DNA of 58,141 nucleotides from Candidatus Rokuibacteriota bacterium (lineage in GTDB: Bacteria > JAUVQV01 > DATDCY01): NCBI GenBank assembly GCA_031406795.1, contig JANOHV010000236.1, forward strand, positions 1 through 58,141. The letters are read 5' to 3'. The translations under genes were made by a program, and so were the position numbers. The notes beneath the pieces are model-generated. The model had not been told where the DNA came from. It did no database searches and saw only the letters and a program-made list of their open reading frames with translations. This document shows, piece by piece, positions 33,463 to 42,475 of the stretch. Every line of letters begins with the position of its first letter. The stretch's first letter is position 1.

Positions 33463-35235
33463 ATGGCGGACTTCGCGGCCTACCGGACGCTCAAACCGTC
33501 CTTCACCCGCCAGCGCCGGGTCCTGGCGCTGGGCATTCTCACGCTGCTGCTGACCAACCTCTTCACCTTCGTCGGGCCCTGGGTCGCGAAACTGGCGATC
33601 GACGGCCTGCAGGCGCGGCTGACCGCGACGACCCTGCTGAGATATTGTTCGTTGATCATCGGCGCCGCGCTGCTGCAGGGCCTCTTCCGCTACTGGTCGC
33701 GGCTGCAGGTCATCGGCGTTTCGCGCGAGGTCGAATTCGATTTGCGCAATCTCGTGTTCACCCGGTTGCTCGCGCAGGGCCCGGAGTTCTTCCAGCGTCA
33801 TCGGATCGGCGACCTGATGAGCCGCGCCACCTCCGACATCGAGGCGGTGCGGATGGTCGTCGGTCCGGGCATCATGCAGCTGGCGAACACGGTCTTCACC
33901 TTCGTGATCGCCATCGCGATGATGCTCTCCCTCGACCCCGTGCTGACGCTCTGGTCCCTGCTGCCGATGCCGGCGATCGCGCTGGTCATGTACCTCTCCG
34001 CGCAGCTCTACCACCGCCGCTTTCTCGACGTGCAGGTGCAGCAGGCCCGGCTGAACTCCGCCGCCCAGGAGAACTTCTCCGGCATCCGCGTCGTGAAGAC
34101 CTACGGGCTGGAAGAAGCTCAGCGCGAGGTCTTCCTCTCGGCGAACCGCGAGTACCTCGCCCGCAACATGCGACTGGCCCGCGCGCTCGGTTTCTTCCAC
34201 CCGCTCGTGGCGATGATCGCCGGCCTCGGCACGCTCATCGTCCTCTGGGCCGGCGGGCGCCGCATCATCGCGGGCGGGTGCACCCTCGGCACGCTCGTCG
34301 CCTTCATGGCGCTCTTCGGCCTGATGACCTGGCCGACCATCGCGCTGGGCTGGGTCGTGAGCCTGTTTCAGCGGGGTTCGGCGGCGATGGGCCGGATCAA
34401 CGAGATCCTTCTGGCCCCGGTGGCCGTCGCCGACCCCGCGGATCCCGTCGCCCCCGCGGCGTCGAGCGGCGGCGCCTCCCTCGAGTTTCGCCGGCTCACG
34501 TTCACCTATCCGGGACGGGCCGACGCGGCGCTGCGCGAGCTCAGCTTCGCGGTGGCGGCCGGCGAGCGGGTGGCGATCGTCGGCCGCACCGGGTCGGGAA
34601 AGAGCACGCTGCTCTCGTTGATCCCCCGGCTCTGGCCGCTGGCTGACGGCTGCGTCTTCGTCGACGGGGTCGACGTCAACCGCCAGCGCCTGGAGCGCCT
34701 GCGCGCAGGCATCGGTTTTGTCCCCCAGGAGACCTTCCTTTTCTCCGACACCATCGCGGCGAACATCGCGCTGCCCGAGGGCGAGGTGGACGCGTCGACG
34801 CTCGCCGAGGTCGCGGCGGCGGGGGCGACCGCGCAGTTCGCCGATGACGTTGCAGGCTTCCCCGACGGCTGGAGCACGCTGGTCGGCGAACGCGGCATCA
34901 CGCTCTCCGGCGGCCAGAAACAACGCGCGGCGATTGCCCGGGCCCTGTTGCGGCGCCCGCGGCTGCTGATTCTCGACGACGCGCTCTCCTCGGTCGACAC
35001 CGAGACCGAGGAGAGGATTCTCGATGGCGTGATGCGCGCGCACCCCGAGCGCACCGTGGTGTTCGTCTCGCACCGCCTCTCGACGATGCGGCGCGCCGAC
35101 CGCATCCTGGTGCTGGAGGGCGGGGCGCTCGTCGAATCGGGGACGCACGAGGCCCTGATGGCCGCGGGCGGCTCGTATCGGCGGCTCATCGACCAGCAGC
35201 TGCTGACCGAAGAGCTCGAGCGCGAGGACGGCTGA
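33463..35235 (+). CDS. Heterodimeric ABC exporter subunit (TMD+NBD, degenerate Walker B)
   Basis: GDLMSRATSD, GRTGSGKST, LSGGQKQR, LILDDALS (D in place of the catalytic E), SHRLS. Confidence 0.92.
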   Translation: MADFAAYRTLKPSFTRQRRVLALGILTLLLTNLFTFVGPWVAKLAIDGLQARLTATTLLRYCSLIIGAALLQGLFRYWSRLQVIGVSREVEFDLRNLVFTRLLAQGPEFFQRHRIGDLMSRATSDIEAVRMVVGPGIMQLANTVFTFVIAIAMMLSLDPVLTLWSLLPMPAIALVMYLSAQLYHRRFLDVQVQQARLNSAAQENFSGIRVVKTYGLEEAQREVFLSANREYLARNMRLARALGFFHPLVAMIAGLGTLIVLWAGGRRIIAGGCTLGTLVAFMALFGLMTWPTIALGWVVSLFQRGSAAMGRINEILLAPVAVADPADPVAPAASSGGASLEFRRLTFTYPGRADAALRELSFAVAAGERVAIVGRTGSGKSTLLSLIPRLWPLADGCVFVDGVDVNRQRLERLRAGIGFVPQETFLFSDTIAANIALPEGEVDASTLAEVAAAGATAQFADDVAGFPDGWSTLVGERGITLSGGQKQRAAIARALLRRPRLLILDDALSSVDTETEERILDGVMRAHPERTVVFVSHRLSTMRRADRILVLEGGALVESGTHEALMAAGGSYRRLIDQQLLTEELEREDG

Positions 35236-37001
35236 TGCGCCACGACCACCTGATCGACGAAATCGAGCCGCGCGGCTTCGACCGCGCGTTGCTGCGCAGG
35301 CTGCTCGGCTATCTCGCGCCCTACCGCGGGGAGGTGGCGTTTTCGATCCTGCTGCTCTTCGGCGCGGCGTTGCTGCAGCTGGTCGGTCCGTACCTGGTCA
35401 AGGTCGGCATCGACCAGTACATCGCGGCCGGGAACCTCTCCGGGCTCGATCGGGTCGCGCTGCTGTTCATCGCGGCCGCGCTTGCGGGTTTCGCGCTGCG
35501 TTACGCCCAGACGCTGCTGACCTACCGCATCGGCCAACGCGCCATGATGGATCTGCGCCTGGCGGTCTTCGACCGGATCGAGGCCCAGTCGCTCGCGTAC
35601 TTCGACCGCAACCCCACCGGGCGGCTGATGACCCGCGTCGGCAGCGATGTCGAGGTGCTTCAGGAACTCTTCTCCAGCGGTGCGATCACGGTCTTCGGCG
35701 ATCTGTTCACCGTGATCGGCGTCGTCGCGGCGATGCTCGCCATCAACGTGCGCCTCGCGCTGGTCTCCTTCGCGGTGTTGCCGCTGCTCTTCGGCGCGAC
35801 GATCCTGTTCCGCAGCCGCGTGCGCCGCTCGTTCCGCGCGATCCGCCAGAAAGTGGCGCGGATGAACTCCTATCTCAACGAGCACCTGAGCGGCATCGCG
35901 GTCGTCAAGCTCTTCTGGCGCGAGCGCTCGGCGGCGGCGCGCTTCGAGAGCATCAACGACGAGCACCGTCAGGCCTTCCTCGGCGCCGTGCAGGCCTACG
36001 CGATCTTCTTTCCCGTCGTCGAGTTCATCGGCGCGCTGGCCATGGCGCTGCTGCTCGGGTACGGCGGCGTGCAGATCATCGGCGGGACCCTGAGCTTCGG
36101 CAGTCTCGTGGCCTTCCTCGAGTACGTTCAGCGCTTCTACAAACCCGTGCAGGACCTCGCGGAAAAGTTCAACATCCTCCAGTCGGCGATGGCGGCCGCC
36201 GAACGCATCTTCTCCGTGCTCGACAGCGTGCCGGAAATCCGCGACCCCGAGGCTCCCGCCCCGGCCGGCCGCGCCCGGGGCGCCGTCGAGTTCCGCGACG
36301 TCAGCTTCTCATACAAGCCCGGGGAGGAGATCCTGCGCAACATCTCCCTCGCGATCGCCCCGGGGGAGCTCGTCGCGATCGTCGGCGCGACCGGCGCCGG
36401 CAAGTCGTCGATCATCAGCCTCCTCGGGCGCCTGTACGACCCGCAGTCCGGGGCGGTGCTGCTCGATGGACGCGACGTCCGCGAATACACGCAGCGGCAC
36501 CTGCACCGGCAGATGGCGGTCGTGCTCCAGGATGTCTTCCTCTTCTCGGGGACGGTCCGCGGCAACATCGCGCTCGGGAACCCGCAGATCACGCCGGAGG
36601 CGACCGAGGAGGCGGCGCGGCGTGTCGGCGCGGACTCGTTCATCCGCCGCCTGCCGCGGGGGTACGAGACGGAGGTCGGCGAGCGAGGGGCGCTGCTGTC
36701 GGTCGGCCAGAAGCAGCTGCTCTCGTTCGCCCGGGCGCTCGCCCATGACCCGCCGCTGCTGATCCTGGACGAGGCGACCTCCTCGGTCGATTCCGAGAGC
36801 GAAATGCTGATCCAGCAGGCGCTCGCGGTGCTCTTCGCGGGGCGCACCTCGATCGTCATCGCGCACCGGCTCTCGACGATCCGCGGCGCCGACCGGATCG
36901 TGACGCTGCACAAGGGCCGGATCCGCGAGAGCGGCACGCACGCCGAGCTGCTCCACCTCAACGGCATCTACGCCAAACTTCACCGCCTGCAATACTCGTA
37001 A
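35235..37001 (+). CDS. Heterodimeric ABC exporter subunit (TMD+NBD, consensus Walker B)
   Basis: GRLMTRV..DV, GATGAGKSS, LSVGQKQ, LILDEATS, AHRLS; YheI/YheH-like pairing with the upstream gene. Confidence 0.92.
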   Translation: MRHDHLIDEIEPRGFDRALLRRLLGYLAPYRGEVAFSILLLFGAALLQLVGPYLVKVGIDQYIAAGNLSGLDRVALLFIAAALAGFALRYAQTLLTYRIGQRAMMDLRLAVFDRIEAQSLAYFDRNPTGRLMTRVGSDVEVLQELFSSGAITVFGDLFTVIGVVAAMLAINVRLALVSFAVLPLLFGATILFRSRVRRSFRAIRQKVARMNSYLNEHLSGIAVVKLFWRERSAAARFESINDEHRQAFLGAVQAYAIFFPVVEFIGALAMALLLGYGGVQIIGGTLSFGSLVAFLEYVQRFYKPVQDLAEKFNILQSAMAAAERIFSVLDSVPEIRDPEAPAPAGRARGAVEFRDVSFSYKPGEEILRNISLAIAPGELVAIVGATGAGKSSIISLLGRLYDPQSGAVLLDGRDVREYTQRHLHRQMAVVLQDVFLFSGTVRGNIALGNPQITPEATEEAARRVGADSFIRRLPRGYETEVGERGALLSVGQKQLLSFARALAHDPPLLILDEATSSVDSESEMLIQQALAVLFAGRTSIVIAHRLSTIRGADRIVTLHKGRIRESGTHAELLHLNGIYAKLHRLQYS

Positions 37002-37007
37002 CGTTCC

Positions 37008-37194
37008 GGCCGCTGAAAAGGGCCGATCTGACGCGGGAGGGGGTGAACCCCTCCCCTACGTCCGCACGAAGTCGTCGTAGGGGCGGGGTTGATCCCCGCC
37101 CGGCATCTCGATGAACGCGCCTTGCACCTGGACCCTTTTGATCGGCCTCTCCGTTACCGTTGGGGCCGCTGAAAAGGGCCCATCTACGGCGTTG
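37008..37194 (-). repeat. Inverted copy of the 116-235 element (37008-37147) with a replaced core, plus the linker and the end of a second copy (37164-37194)
   Basis: The reverse complement reads GGCCGATCAAAAGGGTCCAGGTGCAAGGCGCG, matching 116-147; linker CAACGGTAACGGAGA vs CAACGGTAGCGGAGA; CAACGCCGTAGATGGGCCCTTTTCAGCGGCC matches 205-235. Confidence 0.85.
37034..37102. repeat. Inverted pair of 26-nt GTAG-family REP sequences
   Basis: Minus 37059-37034 GTAGGGGAGGGGTTCACCCCCTCCCG and plus 37077-37102 GTAGGGGCGGGGTTGATCCCCGCCCG; each has a GTAG head and an 8-bp hairpin; 17-nt spacer. Confidence 0.82.
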
Positions 37195-37211
37195 AGCTCC
37201 GCACGAACGGA

Positions 37212-37246
37212 AAGCGCCCCGACCGCTGGCTGCGGCCGGGGCGCTT
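37212..37246 (-). terminator. Terminator hairpin of the lipoprotein gene
   Basis: AAGCGCCCCGGCCGC-agcca-GCGGTCGGGGCGCTT then TCCGTT on the minus strand, 20 nt after the stop. Confidence 0.6.
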
Positions 37247-37266
37247 CGAGGCGATTGAAGGCGGTG

Positions 37267-38106
37267 TTACTCGGTCTTGACCTTGCCGTCCTCGATGATC
37301 AGGTCGTACTTGTAACCCATGCCGAAATCCTTCTTCAGCGTGATCTTGCCGCTCACGAGCACCGTGTCGCCGACCTTGGCGTTGTCCGCGGTCGTGACGG
37401 TCAGGTCGTTGCCGCCGGTCTGGCCGGTGCCGTCCTGGACATGGACCCAGTTCTTGCCCATGATCTGCGCGCTGAACTTGACCACCTTGCCGCGAACCGT
37501 GACTTCCTTGCCGCCCAGGCTCGCCTGCTGGGCGTAGATGTCGCCGACGGTCTTGTCGGCCTTCTTGATCCCGCTGAAGGAAACCTTGGCGTCCTTCGCG
37601 GCCTGCGCGGGATCGAGTTTCGGGTGCGCCCCTTCCGGAAGCTGGCCCTGCTCGCCGGCAACCGGGCCGCCGGCCGGCGCCGCCATCTGCGCGGGCGGCT
37701 GGTCGCCCTTGCCGATCGCGCCGACGAAATAGACCACGTCGAACTTCCGGTTGAGGGTCTTGCTCTCGTAGTCCTTCATCGGCATGCCCTCGGGGACCGT
37801 GACCTTCTCCCCGACCTTGATCGCGAATTGCGGAGCGGCGGCCCAGATCTTCTCCGTGCCGTTGTCGACGTGAACGTACGTGTAACCGCCGGCGTCCATG
37901 GTCTCAAGCACCTTTCCGGTGAAATACCGGGCCGGCGCCTGAACCGCGGACTCAGCGGCCTGCGGCGGCGACGTCACCGGGGCGGGCGCCGTCGTCTGGG
38001 GCGGCGGGGCGGGCTGCTGGGGGGACTCCTGTATCTTCGACTTGCAGGCAACCAAACCGGTGACGAGAACCCCGGTCGCGAACATCATCCGTACTGCTTG
38101 CTTCAT
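37267..38106 (-). CDS. Lipoprotein with two OB-fold-like domains
   Basis: Lipobox LVAC; GKVLETMDAGGYTYVHV..IWAA; VTVRGKVVKFSAQIMGKNWVHVQDGTG..KDFGMGYKY. Confidence 0.78.
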   Translation of the reverse strand: MKQAVRMMFATGVLVTGLVACKSKIQESPQQPAPPPQTTAPAPVTSPPQAAESAVQAPARYFTGKVLETMDAGGYTYVHVDNGTEKIWAAAPQFAIKVGEKVTVPEGMPMKDYESKTLNRKFDVVYFVGAIGKGDQPPAQMAAPAGGPVAGEQGQLPEGAHPKLDPAQAAKDAKVSFSGIKKADKTVGDIYAQQASLGGKEVTVRGKVVKFSAQIMGKNWVHVQDGTGQTGGNDLTVTTADNAKVGDTVLVSGKITLKKDFGMGYKYDLIIEDGKVKTE

Positions 38107-38392
38107 TAATCCACCCTCCGTCTTCCATCTTCCATGTTCGACAACGGGAACCGTTCCCGCATCCGAATGAACGCTGATTTATACCAGAGACCCCCGGGGC
38201 GCGCAAGCACCTGCCAGGTCTCCCGAATTCCCAGGCGCAGCCGCAGACTTCCGCGAAGCCGCCCCTGCCGCAACCCGCCTTGGCGGTGTGGCCATCTTCT
38301 GTCTGGCATCCTCCCTGTCTCTGGTGTCGGAGCCGCAATCCCGGTTTTCCGTCGGATAGACGGCAGCCGCGGCAAAAAGTTCCCGGTAGCCG

Positions 38393-38986
38393 CTACCCGC
38401 CCCGCTTGCGCATACGCAATTCGCTGCCGTCGAGGAGTCGGCGGATGTTCGCCCGGTGCTTGAAGAAAACGAAGGCCGACGCCAGGCAGAAGAACAGGGT
38501 CGTCGAGCGGTCGGCCTGCGCCAGCAACGAGCCCAACGGCAGCGCCAGAGACGCGAGGATGGAGGCAAGGGAGACATACCCGCAGCCGAGAAAGACGCCC
38601 ATCCAGACGGCCCCGAAGGCCAGCGCCGCCGGCCAGCAGAGCACCAGCGACACCGTGATCGTGGAGGCGACGCCCTTGCCGCCGCGGAACCTCAGGAACG
38701 GGGAGTAACAATGCCCGGCGATGACCGCCGCCGCAGTCACGGATTGCCAGAGTGGCGTGCTTCCGACCAGCCGCGCCACGAGAACCGGCACCAGGCTCTT
38801 CAGCACGTCGCCCGCCGCTGCGGTGATTCCCGCCGAGCGACCGGCCACCCGAAAGACGTTGGTGGCGCCGACGTTGCCGCTGCCTTCTTTGCGGATATCT
38901 TTCCCGGAGAACAACCGCGCCGCAAGATAGCTGCAGGGGATCGACCCCGAAATGAAGCCGGCGCATGGCAGGAGAAATTCCATCAC
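38393..38986 (-). CDS. plsY: Glycerol-3-phosphate acyltransferase PlsY
   Basis: GSIP, DIRKEGSGNVGATNVFR, DVLK, GHCYSPFLRFRGGKGVAS, KHRANIRRL. Confidence 0.95.
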   Translation of the reverse strand: MMEFLLPCAGFISGSIPCSYLAARLFSGKDIRKEGSGNVGATNVFRVAGRSAGITAAAGDVLKSLVPVLVARLVGSTPLWQSVTAAAVIAGHCYSPFLRFRGGKGVASTITVSLVLCWPAALAFGAVWMGVFLGCGYVSLASILASLALPLGSLLAQADRSTTLFFCLASAFVFFKHRANIRRLLDGSELRMRKRGG

Positions 38987-39735
38987 GACGGGGTCGTCTC
39001 CGGAAGCGCCACGATCTCGACGTCGCCCCAGGCCCCCAACTGCCCGCGTCGCAGGACGACGACCCCGAGGACACCGGGGATGTCGCGGGCGGCGGCCAGC
39101 CCTTCCTGGACACCATGGCTGCCGCGCACCCGGTTGCCGACCGCCGTTGCAGCGGCATCAGCGAGGGCGCAGGAGCGGGCAAGCACGGTTACCGCGGACG
39201 AATCGCCGAAACTCAGCGAGTGCCCGATCCTCCCCGAGGAGGTGCACACGCCGATCGGTGTGCGATCCGGCGTCAAGCGCAGGCCGATGGCGCCGCCGCC
39301 CTCGTCGGAACCGGCGAAAATGCCGACGATGCGTTCCCGGGTGCTGGAGACGTAGAGATCGCCGCCGTTCTCGAGGATGAGCTCCCGCGCCCGGTCGCCG
39401 ACCGCGCCGGCGATGGCTCCGCAGACGGCGCCGGCGACGCTGGCCATCGGGCCCACCCCGGCAGCCTGACCGGCCCGCGCCATGCACTTGACGATCGCCG
39501 GCGCGGTATCGGGGACGACCATCGGCGCGAGCGAATCGCGAAACGCCGGGTTTTTCGCGATGAAGCGCTCCAGGCGGTCCCGCTGCGTCAGGACTATGTC
39601 TCGCACGAGAGCGCCGATATCGCACTCCGAGAGTACCAACACGTCGGTTTCCTTCACGACAACCCGGGACCGTACCAGATCGGTCGCGGTGATGCTGTTC
39701 CGGTACAGGTCCCGGTCTCCAGGATCGAGCTTCAC
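38983..39735 (-). CDS. UPF0280 / ApbE-like family protein
   Basis: VKETD, GVGPMASVAG, ENGGD, GVCTSSGRIGHSLSFG, ALADAAATAVGN; start placed at GTG 39735 (GAGG RBS), ORF extends to 39777. Confidence 0.88.
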   Translation of the reverse strand: MKLDPGDRDLYRNSITATDLVRSRVVVKETDVLVLSECDIGALVRDIVLTQRDRLERFIAKNPAFRDSLAPMVVPDTAPAIVKCMARAGQAAGVGPMASVAGAVCGAIAGAVGDRARELILENGGDLYVSSTRERIVGIFAGSDEGGGAIGLRLTPDRTPIGVCTSSGRIGHSLSFGDSSAVTVLARSCALADAAATAVGNRVRGSHGVQEGLAAARDIPGVLGVVVLRRGQLGAWGDVEIVALPETTPS

Positions 39736-39769
39736 AGAAACCTCACGAGAATTCAACGAGTTACCTTTG

Positions 39770-39899
39770 GTTTTCACAACAGCTGTTGAAAAGTTGTTGG
39801 CAAAGGTGTGAATTTCTCAAGGTGCGACGCAGAATACAGGCTGATGAACCGCCATGCATAGAATGTGTGCATATAATGTCGTTGTATTTCATTGAGTTA
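39770..39899. promoter_or_regulatory. AT-rich intergenic region with DnaA-box-like 9-mers and an IHF-like site
   Basis: GTTTTCACA (39770-39778), TGTTGAAAA (39784-39792) and TGTGCATAT (39866-39874) are each one mismatch from TTWTNCACA; the minus strand has TAACTCAATGAAAT near 39886-39899. Confidence 0.4.
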
Positions 39900-41264
39900 C
39901 AAGATCATTCGATCTATGACTTCCGCAAGCGTGGAAACGCCGGAAATGGTGATTTCCCGTTCCATTCCCGCGACCCGCGGCATGTTCGCGCGCGGGAGCA
40001 GGCAGCTTCGAAACCCGAGTTTCGCGGCTTCCTTGATCCGGGCCTCGGGGTTGGAGACGCCGCGAACCTCTCCGGTCAGGCCGACTTCTCCGAAGACGAC
40101 CATGCCCGGGTCGACCACGGCGTTGCGGAAACTCGAGAAGACCGCGAGGGCGATCGCCAGATCGGTCGCCGGTTCGACCACACGGATGCCGCCTGCGAGG
40201 TTGAGATACACATCCTGATCGGCGAGCATCAGCCCCAGTTTCTTCTCGAGAATCGCGAGGAGCATCGCCAGGCGACCCGCGTCGGTGCCGCTGCAGCCGC
40301 GTTTGGGCGAAGCGAATGACGAGTGCGCGCAGAGCGCCTGGACTTCGACCAGGAATGGGCGTGTCCCTTCCACGGACGCGGTGACCACACTGCCGGCAAG
40401 TTCGCCCCGGTCTTCCCGCAGGAAGAGCCGTGACGGGTTGGCGACCTCACGCAAGCCGCCGTCCCCCATCTCGAACACCCCGATCTCGTTCGTCGAGCCG
40501 AAACGGTTCTTCACGGCACGCAAGATCCGGAAATCCCGGGTGTTTTCTCCTTCGAAATACAGCACGGTATCGACCATGTGCTCGAGAACGCGCGGTCCGG
40601 CGAGCGTCCCGTCCTTGGTGACGTGTCCGACGAGGAAGACCGGGACCTCCAGGCGCTTGGCGACGGCGATGAGTTGGGAGGCCACCTCGCGCACCTGGCT
40701 GATGCTGCCCGCCGTCGACTCGAGCGCTGCGGTCGTGACGGTCTGGATGGAGTCGACCACGACTGCGAGGGGCCGCAGGCGGCGGATTTCCGCGAGCACC
40801 GGCTCGAGCGAATTCTGCGCGAACACGATCAGTCTGTCCGTGGCCAGACCGATACGGTCGGCGCGCAGCTTGATCTGCCGAGGCGACTCCTCCCCGGAGC
40901 AGTAGAGCACCTGCTCCGAGCGTGAGGCGGCGAGGCGGCCGAGATATTCGAGAAGCAGCGTCGTCTTGCCGATGCCGGGGTCGCCGCCGAGAAGGACGAC
41001 GCTCCCCGGCACGAGCCCGCCGCCGAGCACCCGGTCGAATTCGGCGCTGCCCGTGGGGATGCGCGGCGCGTCGTCGGCCGAGATCTTGTCCAGGGGCTGC
41101 GGCCGGGCATCGTCGGCCGTGGCGGCGCTCGCTCGCGGCGAACGGCCGCCGCCGGTGACCTCCTCGATCAGGCTGTTCCACGAACCGCAGTCGGGACAGC
41201 GCCCCAGCCATTTGGGCGACACGAAACCGCAGCCCTGACAGAGATAGCGGCTCTTCTCGCTCAC
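39897..41264 (-). CDS. radA: DNA repair protein RadA/Sms
   Basis: CQGCG..WLGRCPDCGSWN Zn finger, GGDPGIGKTT, VDSIQT, GHVTKDG, KNRFG, Lon-like C-terminus. Confidence 0.97.
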   Translation of the reverse strand: MSEKSRYLCQGCGFVSPKWLGRCPDCGSWNSLIEEVTGGGRSPRASAATADDARPQPLDKISADDAPRIPTGSAEFDRVLGGGLVPGSVVLLGGDPGIGKTTLLLEYLGRLAASRSEQVLYCSGEESPRQIKLRADRIGLATDRLIVFAQNSLEPVLAEIRRLRPLAVVVDSIQTVTTAALESTAGSISQVREVASQLIAVAKRLEVPVFLVGHVTKDGTLAGPRVLEHMVDTVLYFEGENTRDFRILRAVKNRFGSTNEIGVFEMGDGGLREVANPSRLFLREDRGELAGSVVTASVEGTRPFLVEVQALCAHSSFASPKRGCSGTDAGRLAMLLAILEKKLGLMLADQDVYLNLAGGIRVVEPATDLAIALAVFSSFRNAVVDPGMVVFGEVGLTGEVRGVSNPEARIKEAAKLGFRSCLLPRANMPRVAGMEREITISGVSTLAEVIDRMIL

Positions 41265-42475
41265 GAGCGGGCACGCCGCCGGTCGCCCGGGATCCGGGCG
41301 TCGGCTCCGACGGCGGCAGCGCACTCCGCGGGGCCGCCGCAGAAGACCCGCGGGACCCGCGGTCCGATGCCGCAGAAGATTTCGTAGGAAATGGTCCCGG
41401 CATGCGCCGCAAGTTCCCCGGCGGTGATCCGCTCCTCGCCCTGGCTGCCGAGAAGGACGACTTCGTCGCCGACGGCAATCCCCGGGATGCCGGTGACGTC
41501 GACCAGGCACAGGTCCATGCAGACGGTGCCGACCACGGCGGCGCGCCGACCGCGCACCAGGACGCTCGCGCGGTTCGAGAACGCGCGGCGGTAACCGTCG
41601 GCGTAGCCGACCGGAAGAGTCGCGATCAGACTTTCGCGCCGCGTCGTGAAGGTTCCGCCGTAGCTCAGCGGGGTCCCCGCCGGCACCCGTTTGAGAAAGG
41701 CGACCGCGGTGGTGAAGCTCATCACCGGGCGCAGTTCGCCCGCATGGGGCAGCCCGGGCGCGGGCGAAGCTCCGTACAGCATCAGACCAGGACGCACGAG
41801 GTTTCCCGGCGGCTCGCCGGGCAGCAGCAGCGCGCTGTTGGCGATGTGTCGCCAGCGCAGGCTCCCGGCGATCGCCTCGACGGCGCCGCAGACCGCCTCG
41901 AATGTCGCGATCTGTCCGCGCGTCACCGCGCTTTCCCGTTGTTCGGCCTCGCTCGGGTGCGTCATGAGCCCTTCGAGGACGAGGTGCGGGAAATCGCGAA
42001 GCCGCGCGACGAACGGCAGCGCGTCGGCTGGAGCGATGCCGAGCCGCCCCATGCCGGTGTCCACTTTGAGGTGGACGGCGACGCGCCGGCCCGCCCGCTG
42101 CGCCTCGCGTTCGAGCGCCTCGGCGAACGCGAGCGTGTACAGGGTCAGCGAACAGCCGAGTCGGGTCATCTCGCCGGCACGATCGGGGGAGACTTCGCTC
42201 AGCAACAACACCGGGGCTTCGATGCCGGCGGAGCGCAGCGCGCGGACCTCGCCGGGCGTCGCGACGCCGAGCTTGGCGGCGCCGGCGGCGAGCGCGGCGA
42301 GCGCGGCGGGGACCGCGCCGTGACCGTACGCGTCCGCCTTGACGACGGCGAGCACCCGCCGTTCCGGCCCAGCCAGGCGCACGGCCAGGCACACGTTGTG
42401 CGCGAGGGCCTCGAGGTCGATCAGGGCCCGCGTCGGGCGCCCCGGAGCGTGCGTGCCGGTGATGCCCGGCGTCAC
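41261..42475 (-). CDS. alr: Alanine racemase
   Basis: AVVKADAYGHG, HLKVDTGMGRLG, HIANSA, VRPGLMLYG, GYADG, VCMD, TISYEI. Confidence 0.96.
   Translation of the reverse strand: MTPGITGTHAPGRPTRALIDLEALAHNVCLAVRLAGPERRVLAVVKADAYGHGAVPAALAALAAGAAKLGVATPGEVRALRSAGIEAPVLLLSEVSPDRAGEMTRLGCSLTLYTLAFAEALEREAQRAGRRVAVHLKVDTGMGRLGIAPADALPFVARLRDFPHLVLEGLMTHPSEAEQRESAVTRGQIATFEAVCGAVEAIAGSLRWRHIANSALLLPGEPPGNLVRPGLMLYGASPAPGLPHAGELRPVMSFTTAVAFLKRVPAGTPLSYGGTFTTRRESLIATLPVGYADGYRRAFSNRASVLVRGRRAAVVGTVCMDLCLVDVTGIPGIAVGDEVVLLGSQGEERITAGELAAHAGTISYEIFCGIGPRVPRVFCGGPAECAAAVGADARIPGDRRRARS

Noticed and set aside
33463..35235. Walker B 'DD' as an inactivated ABC gene
   Set aside because: A degenerate site in one subunit is normal for heterodimeric exporters of the YheI/YheH and TmrAB type.
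38202..38217. Sigma54-like TGGCAGGTGCTTGC upstream of the lipoprotein gene (minus strand)
   Set aside because: GG-GC spacing is 9 rather than the strict 10; a sigma70-like promoter fits the same region.
38230..38392. Possible riboswitch in the plsY-lipoprotein intergenic region
   Set aside because: No recognisable aptamer consensus by eye, and it lies upstream of the predicted promoter; an Rfam scan would be needed.
39866..39893. dif-like site (TGTGCATATAA-TGTCGT-TGTATTTCATT)
   Set aside because: The left arm resembles the XerC arm, but the normally well-conserved XerD arm matches TTATGTTAAAT at only 5 of 11 positions.
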